Source: Dimorphilus gyrociliatus
Lineage: Eukaryota > Animalia > Annelida
Reading direction: 5' to 3'
Length of the DNA stretch: 64,000 bases
Assembly: GCA_904063045.1 (NCBI GenBank)
Contig: CAJFCJ010000020.1
Coordinates: forward strand, 124,001-188,000
Shown piece after piece: positions 1 to 11,300 of this stretch (position 1 is the first letter of the stretch; the number at the start of each line of letters is the position of its first letter). A program made the position numbers and the translations under genes. A model generated the notes under the pieces. That model worked only from the letters and a program-made list of their open reading frames with translations, ran no database searches and had not been told where the DNA came from.

Positions 1-2667
1 TCTAAGCGGAACCGCTTTATACTTAGAGATATTTCGTGAGCACGCAAACTAGACCCCCACGTTTCTTTTTTTCGATCTTACGGTCACGTGCAAAATTCTC
101 TAACTTCTACTTGGGCCTAGACACTTTCCATCTGCCGGAAAGAGAAGAAAGTCTTATGTCACTCAATCATAGTAGTCAACGTCAGCGAGTTGCGCAACCG
201 CAAATATTCTTGTAAATCCTTGAAAAATATCGAAGTAGGATGTGGAAGTTGAAGTAGAGAGACTTTTTCCACGACTTGTCAAGTACCGACGCTAATCTGA
301 ATAGGTAACGGAAATTCAACATAGAAAATTAGCCAACTTCGTTAGGGGCGCAAAGTAGCTGACGAAAAATTCTCCCATCGTGTTGAACAGATTGCCAGTT
401 AATTAGTTCTTGTTTAATCAACGCACCTGTGCACCCCGGTTCTTTCCCTAATTCGAACCTATACACATATTCCTCAAAGCTAAGCCCTATCGAAACATCT
501 GCTATCCGTCTAAGAATAGGTTTAAAGGCCTATATGAAGGATAAAGTGAGTAGAACACTACTCTATTCAGTCCGTCTGATTTGAGTTTAACATAGGTACC
601 AAATCAGACGGTATAATTCGTCAATGTGGAAACCGAGTAGATGAGTTCTATAGACCGTTACTAAGTAGATTTTGATGAATGCGGTTTCTTTCCTTCTTAC
701 GAACGGTTGTATAATTAAACGTAGACGCCCCTAAACTGATCGCATTTAGAAGTTAAGTAGTTCTTTCCTTAACTATTTTATTATATTTTTTAACCCTGTG
801 TGGTCCTCTAGCCGGTTATCTTTTTAAAAAGTAAATCAGGCATAATTTATAAAGTATATGGCAGCTAAGACTTTGAAGTGACCGCAATTCCTTAGCAATC
901 TGTCACCGAAACTCTACTTGCATTCTGCATTCACCTATGACCCGCTAAGTACTATAAAGAGCAAATTATAAGGGAACTGAAAGTCCTATTTGTCCCTTCG
1001 GTCGCACACTGAGATACATATTGCAGCGACGCTCCTTTATTAGGCTATTTAACGTGTCCCACCATCGTTTTCAGTAGACTGGGTGGGGTCTTATTGGAAT
1101 AGAAATGAAAAGTAGGAGGGTGTTGGAAGAAAAAATTGTTCGATATCGCCCGGCTGATTAAATTTCGGTCACCTTTTGACAAATGGCAGGTGTATACAAC
1201 CATGCAAGAAAAACTTACGCGCTTAATTATATCAACAGTTTTCGTCTGTATATACCCAGCGTATGCTATATAGATATTCAATACGATGGTGGCAAAGCGA
1301 TTAGATGAAACGAAAAACCCGCCAGATTTTTTTATATATTCGAAAATATAGCTTCGGGCATATATGAGGTTTTTGGTGTTGCTGGAAGGTTATGGTGCTG
1401 TGGAGGAGTCCCAAACTTGTCTCACATGTGTCTACCATTCGCGAGTGAAAATACTTTTCGTTCTTTCTTATAAGTCCATTACCCCCTTGGCTTACTCTCG
1501 TGAACAATTCCCATTCGGTTAACCAAGATGAAGGAAATATTTACAGGGAGTCGACAGTACTGACGTAACAGGCAATCGCTTTAATTTTTTCAATGTTGGC
1601 GTAGCCACTGAGATGAAACCCAACTTGTTTATAACAGTCCTCGGAGGGATTTCGGAAAAGGTTAATGGAATTGATAAACGATACTTCTTCCACCTTCGAC
1701 TTTCTCCTTTAAAAACTTTATCAGTATCGCATTCGTTCCTCCGCTACAAACTTTCGAATATTTTTCGTGTTTGGTTACTTTTGATAAGCCTTCCTAATGA
1801 TGTCGAGGAAATGCCGTGACGCAATCGGATAGGAAGATAGGAATCTTTGCAAACAGCAAGGCAACTCGATCGTTATAAGAGCTTGCAGGGTTGGGTTTTA
1901 GTAAATTGTGGACGGGTAGCAGGGTTAAAGTTTATGTCAACAGGAAATTCGCGGGAGTAAACATAAATTTTAGTGATAAACTACCCTCTAGATAAACCTG
2001 GTCAGGCTACGCAGCGTGTTCCTTTTCAATATCACGCTGATTTTTCGGAATAACAATGAATTACTCTATCTTGCGTTTCGGACGTTCCGAATTTATAGTG
2101 CCCTCGGGTTCCTTCTGTGATAGCATCCGAAAATTTATACGGTAGAAGACTTTAGCTTCCTATGGCGAGGATGGCGCCTTCGTCTATCTGAGAAGAAATA
2201 GAATGTCGGCGGAGGTTATTGATAGCCAGTTGGAAAACTGAGACGTCTACACAGGCGTTTCCGAAACGACCGTTGGTCAGTTAGGGTAACTTGGGGTCAT
2301 GCGAGAATTTGGACGCGCGCCGTCTACGTCTAATATTTACATTGCTTTGATGCGGACCAAAGAATTGTTCTAATAGTTTCGAACATGCCAAAAGCGGGCG
2401 CTCGATGTCCCAGGGGCACATGTCAGGTGCCCAGATTCGACCAGTGGTCATCTTTCTCCTGGCCGTCAGTGTTTCCCAGCTGTTATGGTCAGAACGCGAC
2501 CAACACGAGTCATTTTTTTCTAATTATCAATAATGCAGTAATTATTACTATTAGCATTACTCTAATTTTATTTTTAGACACTCATTTTTGCCTTCGTGCC
2601 AGGCATTAATCTTTTTTTCCCTTGTCGTCGCCTTCTTAAGATTCTTATCTTTCTTTGACAGATCGGC

Positions 2668-5600
2668 ATGCTACCTTGCACGGGAAAGCGTAAAAGACGA
2701 AGCTTTTTTGGAGATAACGATTCACTGTTTTTGAAGAAGAAAAGGACGATGACCGAAAGTCCTGAAGCCAGAACCGAAACCGTCGTCATGGAGAATCGAT
2801 TAAGCGATGATCCCGTAAGAAAGAATGGAGCAGGTACGACTAATTATTCGAATGAATTACCCCCTTTATGATTGCAAAGAATGTGTGCTTGATGAAAATG
2901 TTAAAAGGTTTGAATGGTACCGGAGGCGGTTTGAACGCGTCGAATATGTATTTTCGAATTTCACGCACTCTCTCAGACCTTCCCGCGGGTAACGGAACTT
3001 TACTAAAATTTTCTAGTGTTTGCAAAAGATGGCAGATTCTTGTCTTAACACACATCGCTGATAGTCTTATCTAGTTCCGTTGTCATCATTTCTTACACGC
3101 GCCAAGAGTTTCAGATAAGTCTTATCGAGAGGGTACTAGCTTAACTATGCGTGGGTGACATGACGCGCGCGCGAGTCCCATCGCCGAAGGCCTCTTATGA
3201 AAGATTACATCAATTTCTCAACAATATAAACTGATTTTTTGCCACCGGCCATGACGCATTCCGCAGCATGATTCTCACAGAACGTCATAATTTTCCACGC
3301 ATGCGCGTAACGTCGGAACTTCCGTTCGTGCCTACGACAGTACTACTGGTGCTTGTCTTTCGGAAAAATGACTCCGCCAGTCTTTAGAAGGTATTGTTAT
3401 ATTGGAAAGTCTTTTCCTACTTGACAAGTAATTGAAGTCCCCAGTGGGTCACGTGACGAACGCCTTAACCAATGAGCGTGGCGCTAGGGGTTAGTGTGAT
3501 GTAAGCTGTCCGAGCCGTGCACACCGAATGTTTCTGTTGAGCGGTCAACTTGACCATTGAATGTTTTCAAACTTTTAATAAGTTTCTCGAATTTCGGACT
3601 TTAAATGTGCTTCCCTTTATGGCTAACAGTGGTATATTGTGCTCTAGAGGTATGTCATCGTTATCTTTATTACTTAGCGTGAAGATCGCAGGAAAATCGT
3701 TGATTTATTGTATGTTTATATCTAAATTCATAGGCCTAGCAGCAGTTAGCAGTAATAGACTATACAATTTTGGATAGGTAAATAACACTGTTACATAGGT
3801 TCTTTGTATAAGTATATATATATAAATATATATAGGTTAAATATACATACAGTATAGGGATTCTTGTGTATTTATAAGCAGGGTAGGAGACGTAAATCGT
3901 GTGAGTTTAACAAACGAGAGATTGTTAGTGGAAAGAGCCTTTTGGATTTATCGGTGTTTACATCTATTTGTATTGTAGCCATAAAGCTTTAGCGTTTTCA
4001 CCGAATATTGGAATAATCCTTAAGGCATATAGTTCTTTTTTAAATTGTTAATGTGTTAGGGAGCGAAATATTTAAAGGTATATAAAAAACGTACGACTAC
4101 CGACGTTTAGTGTCACTTTAACGTTTTTATTGAACCTTTTATAACGCGAAAGTTTCCCAAACAAAGTTTCAAGCGGCGAAGTTTCAAGTTTATTATAGAA
4201 CCGCCGGCTTTGTAATTAGAGTAAAAGAATACGGTTATCTGAAAAACTGATAGACTTTATAAAGTAAACCGCGTGATAAAGATAAGGTCTGAAGAAACCT
4301 TTAAGATTATAGTATAAGAATAAAGACTGCGGGAAGAGGTTAAAGGATTTGTTTATCTGTTTGCCTTTGATATACTTCCTAGTAAATTGAGATATACGTA
4401 GTATCTCATAGAGTTCAAAAGTTTTTATCGTAGTTATCTTCTAGTTCAACGTAACAAGAAAAACATTATGTAAGCCTTAGGGATGTTCGCCTTTAACCGT
4501 ATTAAGAATCATATCTTACGGCTAAATTCGAAGCAAATGATTGCGTAATAAGCCATTTCGAACGCTCTTAATAGACCAGATGTTTAGAAAGAACACATGC
4601 GAAGCCGAGTCCACATACTGTTTAGTACTTTCAAAAAACAGCTGAAAAGTTCGTGCTTTCTGCCCTAATTATTCGCAGTTCCTAAAGCAGGTGATATGTT
4701 GAGGTGAATGGATATCTCTATTTCGAGTAAAACAAAGGAATAGTTAAAAGATTATTTTAATTAACGCGTGACCGATGAGCAATTATTAGGACCTAAAGTA
4801 CGACCAAACAAAACGGATTTCTTTAGCGGAGAACAATAAAGAACAATAAGTTTGTTTGTTTATTCCGCGGCTTACTTTCTACTGACCTACTCAGAATATA
4901 TTCGACCGTTTAATTGGATCGTTGTTCATTCGTAATTGCGGCTAATTGGAATGTTGCTTTTTGCTTTACGCAAAATGACGCGACTGATACTTTAAGCGAC
5001 GTTATTCGATAAGGTTGATTACTTTTGAGCGAAGAAGCGACAGAACAAGAGAAGTTCACCATGGAAAGAAGTTCACACGGTTAGCACCCTAGTGGAACTA
5101 TCTACTCGTTGACCAGCAGTCAAACGACTACTTGAAATTGTCAAGTTGCTGTCAATCTTTTCTAAAATTCGAACGTTTCAGCTGTTTCTATTGTAATAGA
5201 TACGACTTGTTCTGTGGGAGTCCGAATCCCCCAAGGGTCGGCTTTTCGGGTACTTCTTACCTAATATTAGTCAAAACGAATGGTCATTTCTGCCGATCGA
5301 TTTGGAAGAAAGTAATTATTTTTAGCTTAATGAGTTGTAGAGGCGAAAGTTAAACGGAAGCCAAAAAAATGGATTGTATAGCAATGATGTCAAGTTAGTT
5401 CACTCCTATGCCGCCTACTTCCTATGAAAAAGCTAAAAGACATCCAATTCTCCTCTCTCCCTTTTTTTAACAACTAAATTGATTTTACACTCTGGCGAAT
5501 GTTTTAAAGCAAACAGTCCAAAGCCGTGTTGAAATCGCCACGTCTCTCTTATGCCTCGCTTCCCGCCCTAAAATTAAGTCAAAAGCAAATACTGAAATGG

Positions 5601-8399
5601 GTTGTTGTTAGTACGCGGGCCTTGTTATTAAAGGTGCCATCCAACTGACCACTGCTGACCAATAGATTACGATCTTGATTGAACAGCGAAAGCTAGTCAT
5701 GCTATCTATTCTTTCAAACCTTGCTGTCAATCTTTTCGGGCCCTCTTTCATCTTTACTTTGTCTTGTTATTTATTTTATTTAATTTAGGCTTTTTTAATA
5801 AAGTAACCGAAAGTTTATTCAAGTTCTCTTTGTTTTGCAGGGCAATTGAAAATTTCCGTTTATGCCAATCACGGATTGTTAACCGTTCATGGTAGGTTGA
5901 CGAATGTTTTGATAATTAATTTTTGTAAATAATCTAAATAATTTCTCCCCTATGTACAGTCATTCAAGCAAGACACCTGTTCGGCGCCACGGGCCAATGT
6001 TCTAGTTTTGTTACTCTTCACATACAACCCGAACATGAAAGACGGGAACAGACATCTGCGACGACGCGAATCGTGCATGGACATTCACCGGTGTACGACG
6101 AAAAGTTTTCATTGTAAGTTACACTATAATTGAAAACATTCAGTTTGGATTGAAAATATAACGTTTTTTTTTTCCTTTCTTCCATCTTAACCTATGAACA
6201 GTGAGATTTGTAACGATATGACTAGAAAGAGGATACTTTTGGCTGTCTATCTCCAGCCGGCTTCCAGGTATAAATCGACATTTGGGGAATAATTTTCTGT
6301 AATTATCTATCATTATCCTTTCCGTTATTACAGTTCGAATGCTCAATTTCTTGGTTGTACGTCGTTTGGAATTCACCATCTGCTGTGTGGGAAGAAGGTT
6401 TGTTTCATGTTTTTTCTCTCTTATTATAATCACGTAGAATGTAGGGTATTGATCAACTTTGACAACGATAAATATAAAAAAGAGAATAATGATATCTGAG
6501 CCGAAATTCGAGAACTTTTTCTTTTGGGTGGCTGATTGATTTAAAGGGTTAGGAAAATAGCAGGGTCAAAATGTATTTAAGAAAGAGCGAAAGAAATTAA
6601 AGGCCTATGAAAAAAGGTGTATAAACTTAATTTACATATGTAAATGGCGAACCGCTTTCAATTGTGCCACCTGTAGACATGTGCTTTCAAGATGCGTACT
6701 ACTAATAAACCGGCGTCCGTATTAATTTTCGGCGCTTTTAATGACGTTTTGCCCGTAGTTCTATTATCTAATTGCTCAAACCGTTTTATTCTAAACGCGT
6801 CACTGACGCTGCGAGACCGTCTTCCGCATTTCAAAATTTACGAGTGCACCCCTCAGTCAGCCTAAATTGGGTCTTCCATAAAACGAGTGGTCATCAAGTA
6901 AATGGCCTGCTAAATTTAGATCAAAGACTCTTTGTAGGAGAACTTACTGATACGGAAATGGAATCTTGTTGAATCTTCGAATCATTTTCTAATTAGTTAA
7001 ATTAACTCATTAACGTTTAAAATTTTTCTTTGTTAACACCTTCTTCATGACTATCGTCATTTTTAACAGGTGATGAACGACTGGTATTATCTATTGAAAA
7101 GACAGACGGGAGCAAAGAAGCATCTCAGAGTTCCATATATTTCTCAAAATTCATTACCATCTGCCGATAATTCAGTGCCGTCCGTTAATAAATCTCTTTT
7201 CGGAATGTCTTCATCAACTGTCGTCCTGGAAAGAACGAATGAAGAGGAATCGTTTGGTATTACCGTTACCGGATCCTGCCCAGCGAGAATAGCATCTGTC
7301 GCCCCAAATAGTTCCGCTTCAATGGCTGGGTTGCAAAAAGGCGACTGCCTCGTTCGAATAAACAATCAAAATGTTTCTAGATCTATTTCGAATAGCGTAA
7401 CCAAAATGTTAAATAATAATGATAAACATCTCGTCTTGGACATTTACCGAAAACGACAAAAAACCTCTTCAATCGGCTCTTCAACCGGAAGAAGCTTAGA
7501 TTGTGAAGGAGCTGTTAATGACGACTATAAAGGCGAATTTTACGAAGACGATGAAAACATTTATGAGAATGACATCTTTGAAAGGAACATAGATCCCGAT
7601 GATAAGGAAAATTTACCATCACCTTCTATTCAAGGAGCCATCTATAGATCACCTAGCATAGGCCTAATGCTTCCTCCACCTGCCGGATGCTCCTCCCCGG
7701 ATGTTTCCATCCAGGGACAAGACGACAGAATATCAGCCATTAAAGATCTAGTTAAGACCGAAAGGGAATTCTCGAATAAAATTAGTATTGGTGTGACACG
7801 ATATTCAAAACCCTTACGAGGTGGCCTTCGGCAAATGTTCTCGTCGAAGAAACATACGGATGACTGGAAGCCCTGGAGTCATTTGTTCTTAAATATCGAA
7901 AAACTCGGGCAATTATCTAGTATACAACTAACCCAACTCGACCCTGATGGAAGTATCGATGATATGAACGTCGGAGGTCTATATAAAGCCCGTTTACGGT
8001 CGGTGTGCGAAGAATACCTATACTTTTCAAAAAATTTATTTACCGCTCTACAATTGCTGGAAGAACTGCAAGATTATAATGAATTCCGGGAATTTATAAA
8101 GGTAAGATCATATATTATTAATGAAATCATTTCGACATGAAATACTAAATTTCTTATTTACTCCTTTACAGAAAAACGAAACGAAAAAATTAACTTTAAC
8201 TCAATTCCTACGACTACCAGTCAAACATATGCACCATTTGTTTAGTTGCCTGCAAAACGTGTTATCTAGTACGCCCTCTAGCCATAGGGATTTCGAAGAA
8301 TTATCCTTTGTTGTGAGAGAATTAAGATCCTGTTGTAAAGAGATGGACAAACGAAACTTTATGTATAGAGATATGTTTAGTAGTTTAAGAGACAATTGA
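2668..8399 (+). CDS. RGS3-like multidomain protein: C2 + PDZ + Dbl-homology (DH/RhoGEF)-like domain, about 586 aa; no PH or RGS domain found
   Basis: Exons joined in frame with GT-AG sites: 2668-2833, 5841-5891, 5960-6113, 6202-6267, 6334-6397, 7070-8101, 8172-8399. C2: GQLKISVYANHGLLTVHVIQARHL...SPVYDEKFSF...FLGCTSFG...WYYLL...KHLRV (resembles the RGS3 N-terminal C2). PDZ: SFGITVTGSCPARIASVAPNSSASMAGLQKGDCLVRINNQNV. DH-like: IKDLVKTEREF...FLRLPVKHM. The first exon frame is open upstream of the ATG to the acceptor at 2661, so a further 5' exon is possible. Confidence 0.85.
3150..3540. promoter_or_regulatory. CpG-rich promoter-like island inside the 3-kb first intron of the RGS3-like gene
   Basis: NRF1-like CACGCATGCGCG 3296-3307, ETS-like CGGAACTTCCG 3314-3324, USF/CLEAR-type palindrome GTCACGTGAC 3448-3457, CCAAT 3469-3473. 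Motif presence only. Confidence 0.45.
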
Positions 8400-11300
8400 C
8401 TATTTTCTATTTATTAAATTGTGAATCCTTATTAAACACGAGTCACGAATAATTATAAATATGTTGAAATTTTGATTTTTACTTGATTGATAAGACGGGT
8501 GGCGAAAGGAACGAATTCCATATAAACCGTAACTTAGCTACACCTATACAGCGTCCGTTAAAAATTAATGACATTTTGGTGAGTGAAACTGATTCTATTT
8601 TTGGAAACCATCTACAATCAATTTATCATTCGGGGTTCTAGTATCATAGCACAAACATACGCCTCAACCTCACATTACACAGACAAATCAGTGTTATCAC
8701 TATTTACGTTTCTATCCCTTGTCTAGACAAATAATCTGGCACGATGTGAGCTTAGCCGGTACAAACTTAGCGACCCACCGATATCTATTAGATCTTATCA
8801 TTAATGTGCCTGTACGAAATCGGAATCATATCAAGACGGCCTGTGGTTAATTACGGTAAGTATTACTTTATGATTCCGATATAAAATAATATACAGCTAC
8901 GTTGACGTTTGACAGTCTGAAAAGGACAGGTCGTTTGTTTAGCGCCTATAGTCAAATGTTAATATATGCAAAGTTTAGGGTATTTTCTACTATAGTAAAT
9001 GACCAGAGTAAGTATGGGTTAAAATTAAATTGGGTTCAATTTACTTTCAGTCTTCATTAATGTCTAAACTTGTTGAAAAAAAAATAATTTAATGTATGAG
9101 AAACGTATGTGCTTTTGACCCTGACAGGAACCCCTTTGTTTTTGAGTTAACGTAAAAAGCCCTCTGACAAACTACAAACTTTCTACCAAACGACAGAACC
9201 GTAAACGACAGCCGATTGAATTGTATACGTATTTAATGACCCATAACAAATAAATTATCTCTAAAATTTTTTATACTTAATTTAGTTTTTAAGGGGTTTA
9301 GTAAATATTTACGGAATTCTCTGAAGGTGACAAAACTATTAACCAGTAGAGCTGTAGGCTTATTTGACTTCTTTGTCTTCCTATTTAAGTTTGGGTGTAT
9401 AGTAGGTGCGTAGTGTTTTTTGTTAGAGGCATACTTTTCACACATTTTTTTCTTGTAATTCTAAAGAGTTTCCGTGTCCTGCCTTGTTACTTATGCATGA
9501 CATCATCCAAAGTGTTACATAATTTGAAGTTAATTTCTCAATACTCGACTTTAAAAATGCAAATGACTTCGGTTTCCGTTTCTCCTGATTCTGTTACTAG
9601 CGTTTTTTTCTGACGTTTATTTAACATTATCTAACATCGTTAACGGAGCCGTTGAAATTAATTAAAATTCATGATAACTCTTAGCCGTTTAACGGGTGAA
9701 TAGAGTCTCTGGAGTTGGCCACTTGGTACAATCTCTGGGAGAGGACAGCTTAAGATATGATAAAGGGCGCTTCGGGAGTACAAGAGGGGGCCTCTACTAA
9801 GGACTACCACTGAGTAATGAACGGATGACAAAGTTCGAATAAAGGTTGTCTTATAATCAACTATTATCGATTAGAACACGTATTACGGTGGGAAATTTTT
9901 AAGGTGCTACATTTTTCGAAACCGAAAGCCGTGCTAAATTCACAAAGAAACTGTGAAACTAGAACACGTATAAGGCTGTAAAATCACGTCTAAATTTCTC
10001 ACTCTATTGTTCTTTAAGGCTTCTAAAACGGTAACGAATCGAGAGTAAAATATAACGGACAAAAGTGCGACCAGATCCATTTAGCGGAAAGTCTCAATTG
10101 TCTCCGTTGTTTTTATAAATGAACAATTGCCTTAGAAGTACAATTACTCTAATATTCAGAATCACTATTCTATCAAAAAGTAACAAGAATACTATTCTTC
10201 TTTAAATGACAATTTTAAAGTTTCCTCAATTTCACTCAATTTTCCTCCTCATTTCTCAAATAGAAATAAATAATCCTTTGGCGTTTAACTCAGTTACGTA
10301 ATATTTAAACGCGCTGATAAATATACTACCAAAACTGTGATTTCTTCTTTTCTTCTTCTAAATAAGCTTATCTTGTTATCAAAAATAAAATAGAATGAAA
10401 ACAAAACAGTGCATTTTCTCTGTTTTTTCTTTCTATCTTTTTTCTCCCTCTCTCGATTCCCGCCCGTTTTCCTTCACATCTCTCCTCTCTCTACACGGTT
10501 TTATTTTAAATCTCTAAAGTACTCATTTTGACCATTGTCCGTTTCATATCTAAGAGTAGGCACTGTACTTTATTATACCGACAGGTGGTCCACTATAAGT
10601 GTGTCATTCGGAAGATATCTAATAAATAGAATAGAGGAATCAAAGGGAAAGAGAGTTTTTTTTATAAACATATTCAAAGTTTGGTAAAGTATTTAAATCG
10701 TATGGGCGTTATTGATAGAAAAAATACTCCTTTTGCTTATTCCTCCTCTTTATGTATAGATACTTGACTAAATAGAGGTAATTATGCATGTATTTTCAAA
10801 ATTTCACCTTTATTATTCCATGTAAATTTTGTACTCTTATTGACAGACAATTTTTAAAAGGTTCTTTTTGTGTTGTTTTTAACGTTTCGCATACCAAATC
10901 TAAGAGGAGAGGAAGAAGAAGAGAGAGGGGGGGTTGGACGTAAACTATTTTCTTTCTGCCCGTCTCATTTTTACCATAGCGCATTTTTTCCCGAATACGG
11001 AGAAGCTCATACGGAGAAGAGGGATTTTTTTATATGTTATTTTGTTATGTTAAATAGACCACCAACTGATTAATGCTTTTAAAAATAACTCTAACAAAAA
11101 CAAACGTCTTGGTCTGCAAATGCCATAATTAGGCGTCTGTAGGTGGTGCCATCTGCTGGATAGAGTATTGCCGCCAAATGTTTTTTGAAAGTAAAACTAG
11201 GAGAAATATGATAGATATATTCTGTTTATTGCTTTTGACAACTTTCACTAATTTAAAAAAAGAACAACGTCTAAAAATCCGAAAGAAAGGAAAGGATTTA

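Noticed and set aside
1-10400. Idea that the GC-richer blocks are mirror-image (complemented-but-not-reversed) sequence, since TA exceeded AT (75 vs 56 by hand in 1-840) and the complement reading shows splice-like strings
   Set aside because: Translating the mirror frames gave no long ORF or recognisable protein. Ordinary spacers elsewhere (e.g. 51780-52140) show the same TA-rich and AGT/ACT-rich bias, so it looks like a general non-coding composition feature.
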